This document shows positions 57,150 to 64,000 of a DNA stretch of 64,000 nucleotides, piece after piece. Source of the stretch: Chiloscyllium plagiosum. Its lineage: Eukaryota. The notes beneath the pieces are model-generated. The model ran no database searches, was not told where the DNA came from, and was given only the letters and a program-made list of their open reading frames with translations. Each line of letters opens with the position of its first letter. The first letter of the stretch is position 1. The translations under genes were made by a program, and so were the position numbers. Location of the stretch: positions 44,107,809 to 44,171,808 of the forward strand of contig NC_057718.1 of NCBI RefSeq assembly GCF_004010195.1. The letters are read 5' to 3'.

Positions 57150-59084
57150 CAGAATCAGAACCCACAGAAAAGGAAATCTAGCATAGGCTAGTGCAGGTCA
57201 GGGATTTTGTGCAATGAACAGAGGCAAGGAGCCAAACAAAGGATCAGAGGACGAACAAGGTGGCAAGATGCCAGATATTGGAGACAAGGACTCACAAGGA
57301 TACAGAAAAGTTAGAGTAGGTCTAGGTCCCAGAGCTGTAGAGAAGCACAAAGGAAGCTAATATAGGGGCAGGAACCCATGAGAGAGAAAGCGAAATTGAG
57401 AGAGAGAGAGCAGTAAATTATAAGAAAACATACATAAGAAGTTCCCAGGTGGGTCAACTATTGCAGTGAGCAAATATTTGGTCCAAGATCCATAGGACAC
57501 AGATGCTGGGAGACTCCAGAAAGCTGAAGAGAAGCACACTGTGTGAACATCAGCAAGGTTTCAGCAATAACCATCTACATGGGAGCTACAGAAGTGAAGC
57601 TGAATGAAATGAAACAAGAGCTGGAACCAGTAAGAGTCAAAGCAGCAAAGCAGGAGCAGAGGAACCATGAGAATGTGGTACACTTGGGATAGATTTTGAC
57701 CCAGTGTGATAGACTGTACCAGGAGGAGTAGCGCTTGGTCAGTGATCAGGACATAGCCCAGAAGCTATGAATGAGCTGACCAAGAAAGTAAAAACCCATC
57801 GATTGTGCTCAGAGTCCTGCACCAGGCAGGCAAAGAAAACAGACCCCCATACTGTGGACTCTACAAAATGTCAGTGCAAGATTGAAAAATTAAAGTTCAA
57901 ACATTCCATGCATTTAGGACAATAGAATCAGTTGGGAACAGCAATTATGGGTTAGACTGGGAGGAAATGGAAGACCAAGTTTTTTGATACGCCAAGAGTA
58001 GCGAAGATTGGGAATCTGTTCCTCCTTTTCCAGAGGGAGTAAATCTTCAGCAACTCCAGGTTCTTACCCTGGCCTGAAGAACCAACTGATCACAACCTAT
58101 CAGCATGCCCAGAGTAATAATCCAATCACTTATACAGCCCCCGTTTTCAGTGGCATAATTGGTGGAGAGAGCAAAATAATCCCGTTTCTGAACCCACTGC
58201 TGACAACGTATGTTTAACCCACCAACAAAGGGTTCTCCATGGGCTCGATAGTGTCAAGGAGATAAAATTAATGTTAATGTACCTGAACCCCCATGATCCA
58301 TTCTGCCTTCCACAATCCTTAGCATATGAGAGGACAGGAGCTGCAGTCCATGACAACAGCAATCCTAGCCACTGTACAGTACAATTGGGGAAATGCTGTG
58401 GATGGATTAAATCAGCATAGGCAGCAGAAGGAGCAGCACCTAATTGTATTTGTCAAGAACCTGTAGAACAATTCACGGGAGTCTTCAGTAACTGAGATTG
58501 AATTAGGCTGACACCACAAAACAGGGTAAATTGGAACCAAATGCTTGTCTCACACACCACTGAGAGCACGAGGAAAGCCTGCAAAACCTTTGATCCCACA
58601 GACAACATCCAGACAAAATAATAGGTGATAAGGAAGATAACCCAAGCCTGGGAGAAAGATTCATGAATCAGAACACCCCAAATCAGGCCAAGGGAAAAAT
58701 GCACCCAATAAAAGCTCCAAACCCCAGTCCTGTGTGCAGGAATGAAGGGAGAAACAAGGGGTGTTATTATCACAGCCATCCACCTGTATACACCCATCCT
58801 GCAGAAAGAGGTAGGGATTGCCAATAGGAGGTCTGAGGCAGTAGCAGCTACCACAAGAGAAATGCTACAATTGTGGGCACACAGAGCACTTCTAAGGGAC
58901 TCCAGGGTACCTAGGGCAGTTAGTGCAGGAGCCAGGCTTCAGACCCCAGTTCATGCCAGTGGAAGAACCAGAAAGAAAACCAGCAGGTAGTTTGGTGAGG
59001 AAGATCATGCAGCCAAATTCAGAGGAGGAAACCCTGCTGTCTAAAACCTTATACCTCTGGTTGGATCCATTCCCCAAAGCATGA
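57150..59084 (+). pseudogene. gag: Decayed gag of provirus
   Basis: Coiled-coil-like segments, a zinc knuckle CYNCGHTEHF*xD at 58863-58900, and a second degenerate knuckle at ~58990-59020. Many stops and frameshifts; ends at TGA 59082-84. The 5' boundary is approximate. Confidence 0.65.
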
Positions 59085-60770
59085 TGGAGCCATGCCTCTC
59101 CCCAGTGGGTGTGCAGCACCAGATGGGCCAGTCCTGGTAAATGGAAAGAATGAAGGCTGCCCCATTGTGTTTATAAGGGACATAAGGGGGTCCAGAATGA
59201 ACACATCCTGAGATTTTGATAATGCACAGTGCACCCATTAAAAACCTTTTTCGAGTGGACTCATTGAAGGAAGGGGGCAGAGAAAGATGCCTTGAGTTTA
59301 AACTGGGAGAGTTAGTTTGCCATCACCCAGCAGTGTTGGTTAATCTCCACATGGATGTTGAGCACATTTTAAACTCAAATCTTATGAGGGCATGTTTTTT
59401 TTTGTTTCGATTTGGCAATTCCCTGAACTCGATGAAGCCCCAGTGGAGATTGTGACAGGCACATGCACACAGGGAATTTGTACCAAAGGGAACTGTGGAT
59501 AAGACCCACCAAAATGACTGAGGATCCAGCAACACAGGTAATTCTCGCAGAGCATAACTGTACATTCACCAACACAACTGCGAATCGTATCGAGGGTGAG
59601 ATAGTGATGGACAGACCTGACCCAAAACCACAAAGAAAATACACTTGCCGCAAGTAGGCAAGAGGGGGAGGTGGCCAAGATCATTAGCAACTTGTTAAAA
59701 CAAGGAGTACTATGTCCGATTGCATCTACCAATAACTCACCAATGTGGCCAGTTAAAAAACACATGGCTTTTGACAGCTCACCATTGATTACAGGAAATT
59801 AAATAAAACACCCCAATCACATCACCAACAGTAGTAGCAACTAGCCTCAAAACCATGATGAGACAGTGCCCCATGGGCTAAAATATTTCACTGTACTGGA
59901 CATTAGTAATAGATTTTACTCCATCCCCCTCCACAACCACTATCAATATAAATTCACCTTCACATTTCCAGGCCAACAATGCACACGGACCTGCTTGCCC
60001 CATGGATTTCATAATTCTCCATCAATAGTTCATCAGTGGTGATTTAAAGGACTGGAGAGGTTTTCCTGACTGGACTGCTTGGTACAACATGTGGAACATA
60101 TCTGCCTGCCCTTCAGAGACAATGACCAAACACTTGGTACTGTTAAAGAAATTGTCAACCATCCTCACTAAACTAAGACTAAATGTTAACCCCAAGAAAG
60201 CACAGATCACAAGGTTCCACCTCTCATACTTCAGAACTGAGAACCCTCTGGAGAAAAAACGGGAGCTATAGGGAGAGGCTGAACAGGCTGGGGCTGTTTT
60301 TCCTGGAGCGTCAGAAGCTGAGGGGTGACCTTATAGAAGTTTATAAAATTGCGAAGGGCATGGATAGGATAAACGTCTCTGGGGTGGGGGAGTCCAGAAC
60401 TAGAGGGCATAGGTTTAGGGTGAGAGGGCAAGTTTTTCATTCAGAGGGTGGCACATGTATGGAATGAGTTGCCAGAGGAAGTGATGGAGGGTAGTACAAT
60501 TGCAACATTTAAAAAGCATCTGGATGGGTATATGAATAGGAAGGGTTTGGAGGGATATGGGCCAGGTGCTGGCAGGTGGGACTAGATTGGGTTGGGATAT
60601 CTGATTGGCATGGACGAGTTGGATCAAAGGATCTGTTTCGGTGGTGTACATCTCTATGACTCTGAGGCCATAATCCTCCCCAGGGATCTGAGCTCGTTGT
60701 GTTCCTTTCTGGGCTTAGTGAGATACTGTCAGAATCACATCGACGTTTTCACCACTAAAACTATGTTGTT
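59085..60770 (+). pseudogene. pol: Decayed protease and reverse transcriptase of provirus, interrupted by CR1
   Basis: Protease-like PIVFIRDIRGS (DTGGS-derived, 59179). RT: LLKQGVLCPIASTNNSPMWPVKK, LTIDYRKLNK, KYFTVLDISNRFYSIPL..YQYKFTFTF, TCLPHGFHNSPSIVH, LVQHVEHI (YVDD-derived, 60088), VNPKKAQ. After the CR1 insert: LPRDLSSLCSFLGLVRYCQNHIDVF. Confidence 0.9.
60262..60663 (+). mobile_element. CR1 LINE 3' fragment inserted in proviral pol
   Basis: SYRERLNRLGLFFLERQKLRGDLIEVYKI..., tail ctctatgactct. RT homology resumes immediately after it. Confidence 0.9.
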
Positions 60771-61400
60771 CAGCCTGTTTACTTTGATCTACCTCACTGT
60801 CCTCCGTTGGAAGAAGAAACTCAATGAGAAACTAACCACGGACTCTATGCTATTATAGTGGGAACCAAGCACTTAATGAACACACACTGCATCATGAAAG
60901 GATGATGCCAATTGTTCAGTGGTATGAATTTTACTCTATTGAGAGCTGCTAATCACCTAAGAGGCTTAAGGGCTATCAAGTGAATGGAATTAGTAACTAA
61001 TTCTTAACTTCTATATTATTTGTATATAGCACTGTTAAGCTTGTTTATGTGCATATGGAAGATAGTTAATGTCTGGGATACAGCTGTCTATGTGCAATGG
61101 GGAATCTAGATAGTGAGGGACAAAAACAGGAATTGCAGTAAAAGCTCAGCAGGTCTGGTAGCATCTGTAAAAAGAAATCAGAGTTTTGGGTCCAGTTACC
61201 CTTTCTCAGAAGTGAGGGAGTTAGGCTAGCTGCCTGAGTCTTGACAAGTGCCTGCACAAGAGTATGATCAGAGTCTGTGATCTCATTTTTGCTTGACACT
61301 TCAAGGGATCAACTGTGGTCAAATGACCATAGGCCCAAAATTGGACATTCTAAATCAACCCACAGATGGAGAAATTGAGCTTGACAGAAAACTGGCCAAA

Positions 61401-62760
61401 AGGTGTGCCGCTGGAAAAGTACAGCAGGTCAGGCGGCATCTGAAGAGCAGGAGAGTCGACATTTTTGGCATAAGCCGTTCATCAAGAATGTTGGGATGGG
61501 CAACCAAAGGGCTTGAGAGATAAATGGGAAGGGGGATGGGGCTGGGGGAAGGTAGCTTGGAAGGCAATAAGTAGATGAAGGTGTGGGGTGATTAGATTAG
61601 ATTCCCTACAGTGTGGAAACAGACCCTTTGGCCCGACAAGTTAATACTGATCCTCCGAAGAGTAACCCCCCCCCAGACCCATTCCCCTACCCTACAGTTA
61701 CCCCTGATTAATACACTTAACACCAGGGGCAATTTAGCATGGCCAATTTACCTGATCTGCACATCTTTGGACTGTGGGAGGAAACCAGAGCACCCAAAGA
61801 AAATCCACGCAGACACAAGGAGAACGTGCAAACTCCACACAAACAGGTGCCCGAGGCTGGAATTGAATCTGGGACCCTGGTGCTGTGAGGCTGCAGCGCT
61901 AACCACTGACCCTCTGTGCCAATGATAGGTTGGAGTGCAGGGTGGAGTGGATAGGTGGGAAGGAAGATGGATAGGGAGGACAGCTCAAGAATGCGGTGCC
62001 GAGTTAGAAGGTTGGATCTGGGATGAGGTGGGGGGAGGGGAGATGAGGAAACTGGTGAAGTCAACATTGATGCCGTGTGGTTAGAGGGTCCCAAGGAAGG
62101 AGATGAGGCGTTCCTCCTCCAAGTGTTGGGTGGCTTGAATTTGGCAGTGAAGGAGGCCTCCTCTATATTGGGGAGACAGGATATCAACTTGTGGAATGGT
62201 TCAGGGAACATCTCTGGGACCCACACACACCCAACAATCCCAATGCCATGTGACCGAGCATTTCAATTCCCCCTCCCACTCCACCAAGGACATGCAAGTC
62301 CTGGGCCTCCTCCACCGCCAAATCCAAGCCACCCGATACCTGGACGAAGAACGCCTCATCTTCTACCTAGGGATCCTCCAACCACATGGGATCAATGTTG
62401 ATTTCATCAGTTTCCTCATCTCCCCTCCCCCCACCTTATCCTGGATCCAACCATCCAACTTAGCATCACCTTCTTGAACTATCCCACCTGTCTATCTTCC
62501 TTCCCGTCTATCTGCTCCACCTTCAGCTCTGACCTATCACCATCATCCCCCACCTTCATCAACTTATTGCCTTCTAAGGTACCTTCCTCTCAGCCCCACA
62601 CCCCTCCCATTTATCTTTCAACCCTTTGGACTGCCCCCTACCCTCCCCATGCCCAAAACATTGACTCTCCTGCTCCTCAGATGCTGCCTGACCTACTGTG
62701 CTTTTCCAGTGCCACACTTTTTGACTCTGTTCTCCAGCATCTGCAGTCCTCAATTTCTCC
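61401..62760. mobile_element. Penelope-like element with inverted structure (minus part 61401-62158, plus part 62159-62760)
   Basis: The plus part encodes GLLYIGETGYQLVEWFREHL...EHFNSPSHS...LDEERLIFYLGILQPHGINVDF (GIY-YIG). The upstream part is its reverse complement. Confidence 0.85.
61593..61921 (-). mobile_element. HE1-like SINE nested in the Penelope element
   Basis: Reverse complement of the SINE family at 28044-28380, with an (attag)n tail at ~61591-61603. Confidence 0.9.
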
Positions 62761-63624
62761 GACAAAATTGGCCAAACTAATTTAAACAGCAAGATCATAG
62801 AGGTTATAAAACTTCAGGGGAATCAGTTACAACCAGCCCGAGGGTTGTGTATTGGAGAACTTTTGATCAGACTTCCAGGCATCTTGCCTTCCAGCCAATG
62901 CCTGAGACCATGCACTTTACACCTCCTCAGAATGGCAACAGTGACTGGTGTTGGTGCGACCCCATTGGATAACTTGAACCCAGCCCATGATCCCATTGGT
63001 CAAAGACCAGAGAACATTCCCGAATGTCAGGAGTAAGGGGGTCTAAGAGCACACACCTGGATGTCACTCCCTCAGTGCAAACCCAACCTGACCCAGCAAT
63101 GGAGCTCCAACCATCTGGAGGGAGAGAGAGGCAGAGAGACAGAGACACAGAGACAGAGAGGGAAAGAGAGAATATCCATTCTGACCTGCAAGTGGCACCT
63201 TCATAGGAGACAGCCAGCCCTACATTGGAGAGGAAGGAGATTCCAACAGCCCAGCTAAAACGCATGAGTCATTGTAGGTAAAATCTTTCACAGATTGATT
63301 GAGCTAGACAAAGAATAAATATTGTGGTAATTTGGGAAAGGCTCACAAAGTGTTTTTAATAAGGAATATTTCATTAATAAAATCGAGTTGACCTGCAAAC
63401 AAATTTTGTGTTCCCTTGTCTACCTCATTGACAAAACTGCATGGGTAAATTATTTTTAATACATAAACAGGTCAAACTGTCAAGACCACAGACAATAATG
63501 TGAAAACAGAAGCAGAATGAACAGAGTTCCAAGAAGACTCACACTTGACTTGACCCTTTAACTCTTTTTTGCTCAACACAGATGCTGCCAGACCTGCTGA
63601 GTTTCTACAACGTATCCTGATTTT

Positions 63625-63760
63625 GTATCCATTGATTGCATTCACCTATGATAGGACAATACATAACTTGGATAATTCTACAACCAAAACAAAGATATTT
63701 GCAAAATTTAGTCCAGAGAGAGATTACTAGAGTTGAGAATGATGGCCATAATTCTACTTG
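63625..63760 (+). pseudogene. USH2A: Probable 3' piece of usherin pseudo-exon (about human exon 53)
   Basis: With frameshifts it reads YPLIAFTYDRTIHNLDNSTTK/QDILQN.SP../TRVEN, versus human YRISAWNSYGRGLSKAVRARTKEDVPQGVSPPTWTKIDN. Spacing is largely preserved but identity is low. Confidence 0.45.
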
Positions 63761-64000
63761 TGTTTTCCTTTATGATGCAAATAAAATAATGCTTGTAGAG
63801 TTGCTTACATCTGACAGAAGTTAACATTCTGGAGGTCAAGATTTCATATATTGACTTTAGGCAGATAAGCATTGATGATAGTGTCGGGCAGTCTAATGGC
63901 ATGATATGACTGAATTTGAGTTGCTAACATGTACAGATAATTTCAGCATTTACATATTTCAAAGGGGGAACTTTATTCAAAGCAAAATGGATCAAAGAAT

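Larger units (their letters stand above)
61314..63497 (+). mobile_element. 3' LTR of provirus (61314-61400 plus 62761-63497), split by a Penelope insertion
   Basis: Both pieces align with the 5' LTR. The duplicated gaca(g)aaa.tggccaaa at 61383-61400 and 62761-62776 flanks the insertion. Confidence 0.8.

Overview
Eukaryotic, AT-rich, repeat-dense vertebrate DNA. The repeat families (HE1-like tRNA SINEs, CR1 LINEs, Penelope elements and their hairpin derivatives) point to a cartilaginous fish, probably a shark (inference). The window lies inside the + strand usherin (USH2A) locus. Six consecutive exons matching the FN3/cysteine-rich part of the long isoform (about human exons 48-53) occur in order at ~3.2, 9.5, 22.2, 43.1, 50.8 and 56.1/63.6 kb. 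Five of the six carry in-frame stops, frameshifts, damaged splice sites or transposon insertions, so this copy looks like a pseudogene. Other content: an ~11.3 kb CpG-rich ~31-bp minisatellite (10.4-21.6 kb) that produces all the long ORFs in the track; a decayed LTR-gag-pro-pol retrovirus-like provirus (56.1-63.5 kb) with nested CR1, Penelope and SINE insertions; Penelope-derived hairpins with hammerhead ribozyme motifs; Rex1/Babar-like, CR1 and Harbinger remnants; and two assembly gaps. No intact protein-coding gene is evident. Homology calls come from translating by eye and comparing with recalled sequences, not from a database search.
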